Below the pieces are notes generated by a model. The model saw only the letters and a list, made by a program, of their open reading frames with translations, was not told the origin of the DNA and did not search any database. A stretch of 64,000 nt of DNA from an uncultured Acidobacteriota bacterium (GTDB lineage: Bacteria > Acidobacteriota > Polarisedimenticolia > J045), in contig CAVPCQ010000006.1 in the NCBI GenBank assembly GCA_963702425.1, forward strand, positions 96,001-160,000, given 5' to 3'. A program made the position numbers and the translations under genes. Below, piece after piece: positions 50,440 through 63,394 of the stretch; position 1 is the first letter of the stretch; each line of letters starts with the position of its first letter.

Positions 50440-51318
50440 ATGCCGGCGGAGTTCGGGGAGGGGCGGTCGGAACAGCAGGGGCGGGGGCCGTCGTCTCCCG
50501 AGTCGCTGCGCAAGTACCTCAAGGAGATCGCGAAGCTCCCGCGGATCACCGTGGAGGAGGAGCGCGATCTCGGCCGCAAGATCCAGAAGGGCGACCGGGC
50601 GGCGATGCAGAAGCTCGTCGAGGCGAACCTCCGCTTCGTCGTCTCGTTCGCCAAGCGCTACCGCGGCTGCGGACTGTCGTTCCTCGACCTGATCAACGAG
50701 GGGAACGTCGGCCTGATCGAGGCGGCCAAGCGCTTCGATCCGACCAAGAACGTCAAGTTCATCACCTACGCGGTCTGGTGGATCCGACAGTCGATCATCC
50801 ACGCCCTGTCCGACCAGAGCGGGCCGTTCCGGCTGCCGCAGAAGCAGGCCAACCTGCTCTACCGGATCGGCAAGACCCAGTCGGCGCTGATGTCCGAGCT
50901 CCAGCGGCGACCCTCGGTCGAGGAGATCGCGGAAGCGATGGACGTCGATCCCGAGGACGTGACCACGCTGCTGCAGGTCTCCGACGAGAACATCTCGCTC
51001 TCCGAGGTGATCGACGAGGAGCACGAGTTCCACCTCTCCGACAAGCTCGAGCAGGAGGTCATCCCGTCGGCCGACGCGGTGATGCTGCGCGGGGCGCTGA
51101 AGACTCACATGCGGCAGGCGTTGACCGACCTCGATGACAAGGAGCGCCGGGTCATCCTGCTGCGCTACGGCCTGACGGGCGAGGAACCGAAGACGCTCAA
51201 GGAGATCGGCGAGGTGATGAACCTCTCGCGCGAGCGGATCCGGCAGATCGAGGCCCAGGCGCTGCGCAAGCTGCACCGTTCCTCGAAGTGCCAGCAGCTG
51301 AGGAGCTACCTGAACTGA
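50440..51318 (+). CDS. Sigma-70 family sigma factor lacking region 1.1 (group 2-like)
   Basis: YLKEI, LVEANLRFVVS.AKRY, DLINEGN.GL, KFITYAVWWIRQSI, TLKEIG...LSRERIRQIE; about 292 aa. Confidence 0.93.
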   Translation: MPAEFGEGRSEQQGRGPSSPESLRKYLKEIAKLPRITVEEERDLGRKIQKGDRAAMQKLVEANLRFVVSFAKRYRGCGLSFLDLINEGNVGLIEAAKRFDPTKNVKFITYAVWWIRQSIIHALSDQSGPFRLPQKQANLLYRIGKTQSALMSELQRRPSVEEIAEAMDVDPEDVTTLLQVSDENISLSEVIDEEHEFHLSDKLEQEVIPSADAVMLRGALKTHMRQALTDLDDKERRVILLRYGLTGEEPKTLKEIGEVMNLSRERIRQIEAQALRKLHRSSKCQQLRSYLN

Positions 51319-52074
51319 TGGCCGAGGAGGGGCGCGCGGCGGGCCGGTCACCGGAGCTCGAGGCGGCCTGCCCCCGCTGCGGCGGGACAGGGTTCGTCGT
51401 CGAGAGCCGGGAGGGCGCCAGCGGCGCCCGGCCGTGCGACTGCCGCACGGCCCGACGCGGCGAATTGCGCCGCAGCTCCGCCCAGGTCCCCGAGCGCTAC
51501 GCCCAGTGCTCGCTCGACAGTCTTTCCAGCACCTCAACAACCCCATCCCTGCAGCGCGCGATCGAGATGGCGCGCAAGGTCGTCGACCTCTACCCGTTCG
51601 AGCGAGCGCGGCCTGCTCCTGATGGGCCCCTGCGGGCTGGGCAAGACCCACCTCGCCGTGGCGGTGCTGCGCGAGCTGGTCGAACACAAGGGGGCCTGGG
51701 GGCTCTTCACCGAGTTCTCGTTCCTGTTGCGCCGGATCCAGGACACCTACGACCGCCGCTCGGAGACGCCGAGCTGGGCGGTGCTCCAGCCGGCGCTCGA
51801 AGCGGAAGTGCTGGTGCTGGACGACCTCGGCGCGACGCGCGCGACACCGTGGGTGCTCGAGACGCTCGGCCTGATCCTCAACGAGCGCTACAACAACCGC
51901 CGCCTGACGATCGTCACGACCAACCGGCTCGACGCACCGCCGCGCCCCGAGGAGTCGCTCGCGGACCGGATCGGGGAGCGGCTCTCCTCACGCCTGGCCG
52001 AGATGTGCTGGACGGTGCGCTTCGACGGGGCCGATTTCCGCAAGACCTACGGTTCCGCGATGTTTCACCTCTGA
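51318..52074 (+). CDS. DnaC/DnaI/IstB-like AAA+ ATPase with N-terminal Zn-binding motif (apparent frameshift near 51605)
   Basis: CPRCGGTGF...[15 protein letters not shown] (Walker A), LVLDDLG (Walker B), RYN...TIVTTN, SRL.EMC. Confidence 0.85.
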
Positions 52075-52154
52075 GCCTCCCGCGCCGCCGGCCGCGCTCG
52101 GCGGGGGTGGCTGCCCGTCTCCGGCTTCGATAACCTCCGGGCGAGGAGAATCCG

Positions 52155-52941
52155 ATGGCCGATGGCACGCTCGTCCTCCGGGAAGCGTCCGACGGGGTGA
52201 CCCGTCTCACCGTCAATCGCCCCGACAAGCTGAACGCCCTCAACGTCGAGGTGCTGGCCGCCCTGCGCGCGCGCTTCGCCGAGGCCGGCTCGGATCCCGA
52301 GGTCCGTGCGGTGGTCCTGACCGGCGCCGGCACCAAGGCCTTCGTCGCCGGCGCCGACATCGCCGAGATGGCCGCGACTCGCCCCCGAGGCGGCCCGGAC
52401 CTTCGCTCGCTCCGGCCAGGCCGTGGCCGACGCGATCGACGCCGCCGGCAAGCCGGTCGTCGCCGCCGTGAACGGCTGGGCGCTGGGCGGCGGGTGCGAG
52501 CTGGCCATGATGTGCCACCTGCGGGTGGCGGCACCGACGGCGCGGTTCGGGCAGCCGGAGGTCGGGCTCGGCCTGATCCCGGGGTTCGGCGGGACCCAGC
52601 GCCTGGCGCGGCTGGTCGGCGAGGGGCGGGCGCTCGAGATGATCCTCGGGGGGAAGCCGATCGACGCCGAGACGGCCCTCGCCTGGGGCCTCGTCAACCG
52701 GATCGCGCGCGAGCGGGACGCGGTGGAGGAGGCGACCCTCGTGGCGCGGGAGATCGCGTCCCAGGGCCCGGTCGCGGTCCGGCTCTCGATCGCCGCGGTG
52801 CGCAGCGGCCTCTCGATGCCGCTGGGCGAGGCGCTGGCGCACGAGGCCGCGTTGTTCGGGGTGGCCTTCGGCACCGAGGACATGCGCGAGGGGACCACGG
52901 CCTTCCTCGAGAAGCGGAAGCCAGCCTTCCGCGGGCGCTGA
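52155..52941 (+). CDS. Enoyl-CoA hydratase/crotonase (apparent frameshift near 52380)
   Basis: [19 protein letters not shown]; then [49 protein letters not shown]. Confidence 0.9.
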
Positions 52942-52956
52942 GCCCCGGCGGGACGG

Positions 52957-54937
52957 ATGGCGCGGCTGCGGAAGTCGACGGTCTTCTCGCTGCTGGTCCT
53001 GGCCGCGCTGCTCGCGGCCGTGATCGCCGAGAGCCTGCGTCCGCGCCCGCCGGCCTCCGCGTCGATCAACAGCCAACCACCCGAGCGCCCCGACGAGGTC
53101 ACGCGGCTCGAAGGCGGCTTCTCGTGGTCCTCGTCCGACGGCAAGCGGCGGCTCTTCGAGCTGTTCGCCGAGAGCCTCGTCGGGACGGAAGGGGGGGCGC
53201 ACTTCCTCGAGAAGGTCTCGCCCCTCACCCTGCACCTCGAGGACGGGCGCAGCGTGACGGTGCACGCCCGGAACGGCCGACTGCAGGAGCGCGAGGGCGG
53301 AGCGCGGCGGGAGGCCGAGATCGGCCTCGCGGGCGAAGTGGTCGTGCAGGATCCCGACGGCGTCACGCTGCGTTCGGAGAGCCTGGCCTACGACACCGTG
53401 AGCCGGCTCGTCAGCTCCGAGAGCGGGGTCCGGCTCGAAGGGCAGGGGATCTCGGGCCACGCGGCCCGCGTGCGCTACTACCCCGACCGGCGCGTGATCG
53501 AGGTCGACGGGCGCCTCGAGGTCGATCTCGAGCGCGGCGCCCCGTGGCAGATCGACGCCGCGGGCGGGATCTATCGCCTCGATGCCCGCGAGATCGAGCT
53601 CACGACCCCGTTCGTGGCGCGCATGCCGGGGCAGACCGTCTTCTCCGGGCCCGGGATCGTCCGGCTCGCCACCGACGAGCGCCCGGTCTCTTTCACGGGG
53701 AACGCGCCGGTCCAGGTCTCCGGGCCGCGCCAGGGCGGGACGTGGCAGCTCGCCGCGTGGCGCGTCGAGGCGGTCGCGACCGCCGGCAGCGGCGCGCGGC
53801 TGGCCGGGATCGAGGCCTTCGGTCCGACGTCGTTCGTGATGCGGAGGGAGGCGGCAGGCGGCGGCGAGGAGCGCGGCGTCGTTCACGCGCCGCGCTGGAC
53901 GATGACGCCGCGGGGCAGCGGATGGCAGGCCGTGGGCGGGCCCGGCTTCGAGGCCGAGTTCACGGTGCCGCGCCAGCCGGCGGGGTGGAAGGTGACCGGC
54001 GGGACGATGGAGGTGCAGGGGGACGGCGGCGACCGGCCCGAGCATCTCGTCGGTCGCGGGGGCGTCGTCGCCCGCGGTCCGGACGACCTGGTGGCGGAGG
54101 CCGAGACGGTCGAATGGGAGTCGGCCGAACCGAACGTGCTGCGCCTCGAGGGGAACCCCCGCGCGCACCCGGCAGCGCGGCGACTCGATGGAAGCGCCGG
54201 TTCTCCGCCTGCTGCGCGAGCAGGCGACGCTGATCGCCGAGCGCGGGGTCGTGGCCGAGGTCGCGTCGGTCGCCTCGTCGTCCGATGCGATCTTCGGCGG
54301 CAAGGAGCCGGTTCACGTCAAGGCCTCGAGCGCGACGGTGCCGCGCGACGAGCGGCAGCCGATCGAGTTCTCGGGGCCGGTCCAGGCCTGGCAGGGCGGC
54401 ACGATCCTCCGCTCCGCGCGGCTCGAGCTGCTGCGTGCCGAGAGCCGGTTCGTCGCCGACGGCGAATTCGTGCTGCGGATCGAGAACGAACGCCCCGGCC
54501 AGCCCCGCCGGACGATGCGGCTCTCCGGCGTGCGGCTCGAGTACCGTTCGCGGGAGCGCACCGCGCGCGTCACCGGCGACGCGCGTTTCGTCGAGGGGCC
54601 GATGACGGTCGAGGCGCGCGAGCTGTGGATGCGCGGCGCGCCGGGCGGCGGCGTCGAGCACCTCGAGGGCGAGGGGGGCGTGGTCCTGTCGTCCGAGAAG
54701 GGGACCGCGACCGCCGACCGGCTGGTCTGGGAAGGGGGAGACAAGGGGACGATCCTGCTCGTCGGCGAGAAGGAACTCGTGACGCTGAAATCACCCGAGG
54801 GCGCGATCACCCGGAGCGAGCGCGTGCGCTACTATCTCGCCGACGGCCGGTTCCAGACCGAGGGCGAGTCGGGACGAGCCCTGATCGAAGGTAAGCCGAC
54901 GGCACGCCCGCGGCCCGCGAACGACGAGAAGAAATGA
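52957..54937 (+). CDS. Long LptC/LptA (OstA-like beta-jellyroll) protein (apparent frameshift near 54175)
   Basis: N-terminal TM, then repeated beta-strand units (L.SESL.YD, A.A....W, L.G..LEY, ATADRL.W); overlaps the lptB start. Confidence 0.75.
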
Positions 54938-55689
54938 GCGCACCCGATTCGACCGAACCGAGCGCCGACGCACTGGAGGCGAGCCACCTGCTGAAGGTCA
55001 TCCGCGAGCACCGGATCGTGGACGACGTGAGCGTCCGCGTTCAGCCGGGTGAGATCGTCGGGCTGCTCGGCCCGAACGGTGCCGGAAAGACGACCACCTT
55101 CGCGATGATCGTCGGGCTGCTCGAACCGGATGCCGGGTCGATCCGGCTCGGCGCGCGCGCGTTGACGGAGGAGCCGCTCCATCGCCGCGCCCTGGCCGGG
55201 ATCGCCTACCTGCCGCAGGAACCGAGCGTCTTCCGCCGGCTCCCGGTGCGCGGGAACCTCCAGCTGGTGCTCGAAGCGCTGGGCTGCTCGGACGCCGAGA
55301 TCGACGCGCGCTGCACCCGGCTGCTCGAGGAGTTCGGCCTGACGGCGATCGCCGAGCGGCCGGCGTACCTGCTCTCCGGCGGGGAACGGCGGCGCTGCGA
55401 GATCGCGCGCGCGATGGCGATCGAACCAAAGTACCTGCTGCTGGACGAGCCCTTCGCCGGGATCGACCCGATCGCGGTCGCCGAGATGCAGCGGCTGGTC
55501 AAGTCGTTGGCCGGCAGCGGGATCGGCGTCCTGATCACCGACCACAACGTCCGGGAGACATTGCAGATCACCGACCGTGCCTATATCATTCGAACAGGGA
55601 GGATCTTCCGCAGCGGATCGCCGGAGCTCCTTGCGGCGGATCCGGAGGTGCGGGCGATCTACTTGGGCCAGGACTTCAAGCTCGACTGA
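54934..55689 (+). CDS. lptB: LPS export ABC transporter ATP-binding protein
   Basis: [56 protein letters not shown]. Confidence 0.96.
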   Translation: MSAPDSTEPSADALEASHLLKVIREHRIVDDVSVRVQPGEIVGLLGPNGAGKTTTFAMIVGLLEPDAGSIRLGARALTEEPLHRRALAGIAYLPQEPSVFRRLPVRGNLQLVLEALGCSDAEIDARCTRLLEEFGLTAIAERPAYLLSGGERRRCEIARAMAIEPKYLLLDEPFAGIDPIAVAEMQRLVKSLAGSGIGVLITDHNVRETLQITDRAYIIRTGRIFRSGSPELLAADPEVRAIYLGQDFKLD

Positions 55690-55719
55690 ACATCACCTCG
55701 CAACGCGGACCGGCGGCCG

Positions 55720-57198
55720 ATGCCCCAGCTCGAACAGAGACTTCAAACGCGGCTGGTGCAGAAGCTGATCATCACGCCTCAGCTCCAGCAGGCGATCAAG
55801 CTGCTCCAACTGTCCAAGCTCGAGCTCCAGGAGGAGATCGCCCAGGAGCTCGTCGAGAATCCCGCGCTCGAGGAAGCCACCACCACGACGGAGAAGTTCG
55901 AGGAGAAGGAGCAGTCTCCAGCCAACACCGAACGCGAAGTCACCGTCGGCGAGAACGCCGAGCGCCACGACGAAGATTTCGACTACGGCGCTTTCTTTCG
56001 CGACCTCGAAGACAGCTACGAACCGGTACGCGGCACGCGGGAGTACCAGCCCGAGGACCAGCCGACATTCGAGCAGGTCGCGGCGACGCAGGCCCACCTC
56101 GCCGATCATCTCACCTGGCAGCTCGAGATGAGCGCGATCATCGGCCGTGCCCGGCGGATTGGCGAAGCGATCATCGGCAACCTCGACGAGCGCGGCTACC
56201 TCGAGGCGACGGGCGAAGAGCTCGCCGCGATGGCGCCCTCCGGCGAAACCTGGAGCGTGCACGAGATCGAGAAGGTCCGGACCCAGCTCCAGCTTTTCGA
56301 TCCGGTCGGCGTCGCCAGTCGCACGCTGCAGGAGTGTCTGCTCGTCCAGCTCGACTTCCAGGAGCTCGGCGACTCGCCCGCGGCCGTCGCGATCCGGGAC
56401 CATCTCCCCCTGCTCGAGGCGCGACGCCACACCGAACTGGCCGCGGCGCTCAAACTGTCACCCGAGGCGTGCGACGCCGTGATGGAGGTCATCCGGCACC
56501 TCGATCCGCAGCCCGGCGAGAAGTACAACCCGCGCGAGACGACGTACATCATTCCCGACGTTTTCGTGGTCAAGGACGGAGACGAGTACCGCCTGATGCT
56601 GAACGAGGAGGGCCTCCCCCGGCTGCGGGTCTCGCCGACCTACCGGCGCTTCTTCGAGGAGGCCGGGCGGGGCGCCACGAGCGACGCCTCGACCCGCGAG
56701 TTCGTGCGCGACCGCGTGCGGGCCGCGTTCCGGCTGATCCGCTCGCTCGAGGAGCGTCAGCGGACGATCTACAAGGTGGCCGCCAGCATCGTGAAATTCC
56801 AGCGCGCCTTCCTCGACGAGGGGATCAACGCGATTCGGCCGCTGGTGCTGCGAGACGTGGCCGAGGACATCGGGATGCACGAGTCCACGGTCAGCCGCGT
56901 GGTGAACAACAAGTACATGCACACCCACCGCGGCCTGTACGAGATGCGCTTCTTCTTCCACAGCGGCCTGGCCGTCGCGGACGGGGAAGCGATGTCGTCG
57001 CTGACGGTGAAGGAGAAGATCAAGCGCATGGTGGCGGACGAGGACCAGAAACACCCGCTCTCGGACCAGGCGATCGCCGAGAACCTGCGGCGCGACGGCT
57101 TGCAGATCGCGCGCCGCACGGTCGCCAAGTACCGCGAAGAGCTGCGGATCCCGCCGTCGACGCAGCGCCGGACGCACCACCGACCTGACGCCCGCTGA
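55720..57198 (+). CDS. rpoN: RNA polymerase sigma-54 factor
   Basis: TPQLQQAIKLLQL, ENPALE, MHESTVSRV, PLSDQ, RpoN box ARRTVAKYRE. Confidence 0.97.
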   Translation: MPQLEQRLQTRLVQKLIITPQLQQAIKLLQLSKLELQEEIAQELVENPALEEATTTTEKFEEKEQSPANTEREVTVGENAERHDEDFDYGAFFRDLEDSYEPVRGTREYQPEDQPTFEQVAATQAHLADHLTWQLEMSAIIGRARRIGEAIIGNLDERGYLEATGEELAAMAPSGETWSVHEIEKVRTQLQLFDPVGVASRTLQECLLVQLDFQELGDSPAAVAIRDHLPLLEARRHTELAAALKLSPEACDAVMEVIRHLDPQPGEKYNPRETTYIIPDVFVVKDGDEYRLMLNEEGLPRLRVSPTYRRFFEEAGRGATSDASTREFVRDRVRAAFRLIRSLEERQRTIYKVAASIVKFQRAFLDEGINAIRPLVLRDVAEDIGMHESTVSRVVNNKYMHTHRGLYEMRFFFHSGLAVADGEAMSSLTVKEKIKRMVADEDQKHPLSDQAIAENLRRDGLQIARRTVAKYREELRIPPSTQRRTHHRPDAR

Positions 57199-57241
57199 GC
57201 GGTTGCCGCCGGCGCGCGTCTCTCACCCTGGGAGGGACAGG

Positions 57242-57574
57242 ATGACCATCGAGCTCACGGCGCGACACATCGACCTCTCGCCGGAAGACCGTGCATACGC
57301 GGAGGACAAGCTTCGCAAGCTCGGAAGGCTCGTGGACAGTCTCGACATGCACGTTACGATCGAGGCGGAAAAGCACCGCCAGACCTGCGCGATCTCGGCG
57401 TGGGGCAAGGGTGCGTCCTACTCGGTCGAGGTCACGGACGACGACCTGAAGGCCGCGATCAACGAAGCCGTCGACATCCTCGCCCGGCAGCTGCGGAAGG
57501 ACAAGACGAGCCGGCTGGCGGGCCGCCGGGAAGGGGCGGAGACGATCCGCCGTCCCAAGAAGGCCGGCGCCTGA
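57242..57574 (+). CDS. hpf: Ribosome hibernation promoting factor (short HPF/RaiA family)
   Basis: IELTARHIDL...YAEDKL.KL, DL.AAINEAVD.L.RQLRK.K; directly after rpoN. Confidence 0.88.
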   Translation: MTIELTARHIDLSPEDRAYAEDKLRKLGRLVDSLDMHVTIEAEKHRQTCAISAWGKGASYSVEVTDDDLKAAINEAVDILARQLRKDKTSRLAGRREGAETIRRPKKAGA

Positions 57575-57729
57575 CCCGGGCCGGCGGGCCCGGTTGCCGG
57601 GCGCGCCGCCGGGATTCAAGGGCCCGCCGCCCCCCGCTCCCGGTGGAGCGGAGGGGGTCTCGCGGTATGCTTATCGGCCCTCTGCGAGGGTAACGCGCAG
57701 ACGGCCGTGGCAGGCGACGCGAGGAACCC

Positions 57730-59395
<1,666 letters not shown>

Positions 59396-59430
59396 TCCCC
59401 CGGGCGCGGAATGCAGGAGACGGACGGGCC

Positions 59431-59841
59431 ATGGACAAGGATTCCGGAAGGCGGCGCCTGTTGATCGGCAAGGTGGGCCTGGATGGGCACGATCGCGGGG
59501 CGAAGATCATCGCCCGGGCGCTGCGCGACGCCGGGCACGAGGTGATCTACACCGGCCTGCACAAGACCCCCGAGCAGGTCGTCGAGACCGCGATCCAGGA
59601 GGACGTCGACGCGATCGGGCTGTCGATCCTCTCCGGGGCGCACATGACGCTGTTCCCCAAGGTGATCCGACTGCTGCGCGAGCGCGGTGCGGGCGACGTG
59701 GTCGTCTTCGGCGGCGGGATCATCCCGGAGGAGGATCTCGCGCCGCTCCGCGAGGCCGGCCTGGCCGAGATCTTCCGCCCCGGAACGAGCACCGAGTCGC
59801 TGGTCGGCTGGGTCGCGGAGAAGATCCCGGCCCGGCGCTGA
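59431..59841 (+). CDS. Cobalamin-binding small subunit of the acyl-CoA mutase
   Basis: [12 protein letters not shown] (DxHxxG), [21 protein letters not shown]. Confidence 0.93.
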   Translation: MDKDSGRRRLLIGKVGLDGHDRGAKIIARALRDAGHEVIYTGLHKTPEQVVETAIQEDVDAIGLSILSGAHMTLFPKVIRLLRERGAGDVVVFGGGIIPEEDLAPLREAGLAEIFRPGTSTESLVGWVAEKIPARR

Positions 59842-59860
59842 GCCGCGTGCACCGTCACCT

Positions 59861-59890
59861 TTGACACCCCTCCGAGCGGGGTGTTACGGT
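59861..59890 (+). promoter_or_regulatory. Putative sigma70 promoter of the response regulator-valS-nadC operon
   Basis: TTGACA-N18-TACGGT with a TG extension. Confidence 0.5.
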
Positions 59891-59923
59891 TCCGTTCTTT
59901 TTCCGGCCGCGGGGGCCCACGCG

Positions 59924-60715
59924 ATGCCCACGATCCTCATCGCCGACGACAGCACGACGATCCGCAAGGTCGTGCAGAGCGTGCTCGGTGCGGCCGGACA
60001 CACCGTGCTCGGTGCCGTCCACGGGCGCGAGGCGCTCGAGCTGGCCCGCAGCCACCGTCCGCAGCTCGTGCTGTGCGACGTGCTCATGCCGGAGCTGACC
60101 GGCTACGAGGTGACGGAGGCGCTGAAACGCGACCCCGCCCTGCGGTCGATTCCGATCGTCCTGCTCTTCGGAGCCTTCGAGCCGTTCGACGAAGAGCGCG
60201 CCGCTCGCTGCGGCGCGGTGGGACACCTGGCCAAGCCCTTCGACCCGCGGCAGCTCCTGCGGCGCGTCGAGGAGGTCCTGGTCGCGTTCCCCGCCGGGGC
60301 CGCCGAGCCCCGGTCCGACACGCCGCACCTCCCGGGCGGGGACGCGATCGAGCGGGAGTCCGAGGGGGAGGGCCTCGAGGGTCTCCGCGCGGAGGCCGCT
60401 CCGTCCGGCCCGATCCAGGATTTCCCGCTCGAGCTTCCGCCCCCGCCCGCCGCGCCCTGGAACCAGCGCGTTCCGCTGCCTGGCGAGGAGGGCTTCGATC
60501 TCGCGCCGCCGCCGCTCGAGGATCTCCCCCCGGGGGTGGCACCCGACCTCGCGGTCCTGCTCCGAGAGGAGGTGCGCCGCCGGCTGGCGGAACTGGCGCC
60601 GGAGATCGTCCGCGAGGTGGCCTGGGAAGTGGTTCCCGACCTGCTCGAGCGCCTGCTGCGCGAGGGTCGACCTGCGACGCGCCAGGCCGAGCCGACCGGA
60701 GATCCGACGCGATGA
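59924..60715 (+). CDS. RomR-like response regulator (receiver domain, Pro/Glu linker, conserved C-terminal helix)
   Basis: ILIADDSTTIRKVV, LCDVLMP, GAFEPFD, KPF; C-terminal EIVREVAWEVVPDLLERLL; ATGA overlap with valS. Confidence 0.8.
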   Translation: MPTILIADDSTTIRKVVQSVLGAAGHTVLGAVHGREALELARSHRPQLVLCDVLMPELTGYEVTEALKRDPALRSIPIVLLFGAFEPFDEERAARCGAVGHLAKPFDPRQLLRRVEEVLVAFPAGAAEPRSDTPHLPGGDAIERESEGEGLEGLRAEAAPSGPIQDFPLELPPPPAAPWNQRVPLPGEEGFDLAPPPLEDLPPGVAPDLAVLLREEVRRRLAELAPEIVREVAWEVVPDLLERLLREGRPATRQAEPTGDPTR

Positions 60716-63394
60716 GCAGCCTGGAGAAGGCGTTCAACCCGGAGGCTTACGAAGCCCGGGTGGGGGCCGCGTGGCGCGAGGCCGAGCTGTTCCGCGGTCG
60801 CCCCGAAGCGGCGGCCGCACGCTTTTCGCTCGTCATCCCGCCGCCGAACGTGACCGGCTCGCTGCACATCGGGCACGCGCTGGACTACACGCTGCAGGAC
60901 ATCATCGTCCGCTGGCACCGGATGTGCGGGAAGGACGCGCTCTGGGTCCCTGGCTCGGACCACGCCGGGATCGCGACCCAGGCGGTCGTCGAAAAAGCGC
61001 TGCGCCGCGAGGGCAAGGACCGACACGCGATCGGCCGCGAGGCGTTCGTCGAAGAGGTCTGGAAGTGGAAAGAACTCTTCCACGGGAAGATCGTCGGGAC
61101 GCTCGACCGGCTCGGGTGCTCGTGCGACTGGTCGCGCGAGCGCTTCACCCTCGACCCCGGCCTTTCGCGTGCGGTGCGCGAGACCTTCGTGCGACTGCAC
61201 GAGGACGGTTTGATCTACCGCGGGATGCGGCTGATCAACTGGTGCCCGTCGTGCCGGACCGCGCTGTCGGACCTGGAGGTCGACCGCGACGATCCCGAGC
61301 CGGGCGAGCTCTGGTCGTTCGCCTACCCGATCGAGGGCGGGGGAGAGATCGTCGTCGCCACGACGCGGCCCGAGACGATGCTGGGGGACACGGCGATCGC
61401 GGTTCACCCGGACGATCCGCGCTGGCGGAGGGTGATCGGCAAGCGGGTGATCCACCCCTTCTTCCCGGATCGGGTGGTCCCGATCATCGCCGACCCCCTG
61501 CTCGCCGACCCCGAGACCGGCACGGGTGCGGTGAAGGTGACGCCGGCGCACGACCCGAACGACTTCGCCTGCGGCAAGCGCCACGGTCTCCCGGAGATCT
61601 CGATCCTGGCCGAGGACGGCACGGTGAACGAGGCCGGCGGCCCCTTCGCCGGGCTCGACCGTTTCGAGGCTCGCGAGCAGGTGAAGGCGGCGATCGCCGA
61701 GCGCGGTCTCGACCGCGGGCGGAAGGACCACTTCTACGCCCCGGGCCGCTGCCAGCGCTGCCGCACGATCGCCGAGCCGCTGATCTCCACGCAGTGGTTC
61801 CTGACGATGGAGCCGCTGGCGCGGCCGGCGCTCGAGGCGGTCCGCGACGGCCGGATCCGCTTCGTGCCCGACACCTGGGAGAAGACCTACTTCCACTGGC
61901 TCGAGAACATCCAGGACTGGTGCATCTCGCGCCAGCTCTGGTGGGGGCACCGGATCCCGGCCTGGTACTGCCCCGACGGGCACGTCACCGTCACCCGCCA
62001 GGATCCCGCGGCCTGCACCACCTGCGGCGCGACCGCGCTGACCCAGGACCCGGACGTCCTCGACACCTGGTTCAGCTCGCAGCTCTGGCCGTTTTCGGTC
62101 TTCGGCTGGCCCGACGAGACGCCCGACCTGAAGCGCTACTACCCGACCGACGTCCTCGTCACGGGCTTCGACATCATCTTCTTCTGGGTGGCCCGGATGA
62201 TCATGGCCGGGTTGCGCCTGACCGGCGAGGTCCCGTTCCGGACGGTCCTCTATCACGGCCTCGTGCGCGACGCGCACGGCCGCAAGATGTCGAAGTCGAG
62301 CGGCAACGCCCTCGAGCCCGAGGAGGCGATGGTCCGCCACGGCGTCGACGCGCTGCGCTTCACGCTGGCCGCGCAGGCCAGCCCCGGCTCCGACCTGTCG
62401 CTCTCGGAGGAGCGGCTCGCCGGCTACCGCGCGTTCATGAACAAACTCTGGAACGCGACCCGCTTCATGCTGATGCGGTTGCCGGAGGACCCGTCCACGG
62501 CCCGCACCGACTACGCGGCATCCGACTACGACGACGTCGATCGCTACCTCGCGGCGCGCTACCTCGATCTCGTCGACGACGTCGACCGCGCGATGCAGGG
62601 CTACCGCTACGACCACGCCGCGGAGGCGATCTACCACTTCCTGTGGGGCACCTACTGCGACTGGTGCATCGAGCTGGCCAAGCCGGACCTGGCCGAGGGA
62701 GCCGACCCGCACCGATCGGCCGTGCGCCGCGCCCTGCTCTTCGACGTGCTCGACGGCGCGCTGCGGCTGCTGCACCCGATCGCGCCGTTCATCACCGAGG
62801 AGCTCTGGCAGAACCTCCCGCGCCGCGCCGGGGACCCCGCGTTCCTGGCCGTCGCGGTCTACCCGGTCCCGAACCGGCCCGGGATCCCGGTGCCGGACGG
62901 CTTCGACCGCGCGGCCGCGGCGGCCCGGGTCGAGCGCTTCCTGATCGCGCCGGTTTCGGCGGCGCGCGCACTGCGCACCGGCGCCAACGTGCCGCCGTCG
63001 CGCAAGATCGTCCTCCAGTTGCGGCCCCGCACCGCCGACGCGGCGCGGCCGCTGGCCGAACTCTCCGCGCGGATCGGGCTCCTGACCAACGCCGAGGAGG
63101 TCACCGTGCTCGACGGCACGGCCGACCCGGGCCCGGCGCTGCGGCAGGTGCTCGACGACCTCGAAGTCGTGATCCCGCTCGCCGGCGCGGTCGACACCGT
63201 GGCGGAGCGGGCGCGCCTCGAGAAGGAGCAGGCGAAGCTGGCGAAGGACCTCGACGCGATGCGGACCAAGCTCGGGAACCCGTCGTTCGTCGAGCGCGCC
63301 CCGGCCGAGGTGGTGGAGAAGGAACGAGGGACGCATCGCCGCGCTGGAAGGGCGCCTCGCCGAGATCGCCGGGCTGCTGGACGGGCTGCGATGA
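60712..63394 (+). CDS. valS: Valine--tRNA ligase (apparent frameshift near 63329; not in the ORF track)
   Basis: Manual translation: IPPPNVTGSLHIGH, DHAGIATQ, DWCISRQLWWGHRIP, DVLDTWFSS, KMSKS, NKLWNA, F..RAP.EVVEKER. Confidence 0.96.

Noticed and set aside
51318-52074. IstB ATPase of an IS21 element
   Set aside because: No istA transposase or terminal inverted repeats; the N-terminal Zn motif and coupling to a sigma gene fit a DnaC/DnaI-like protein.
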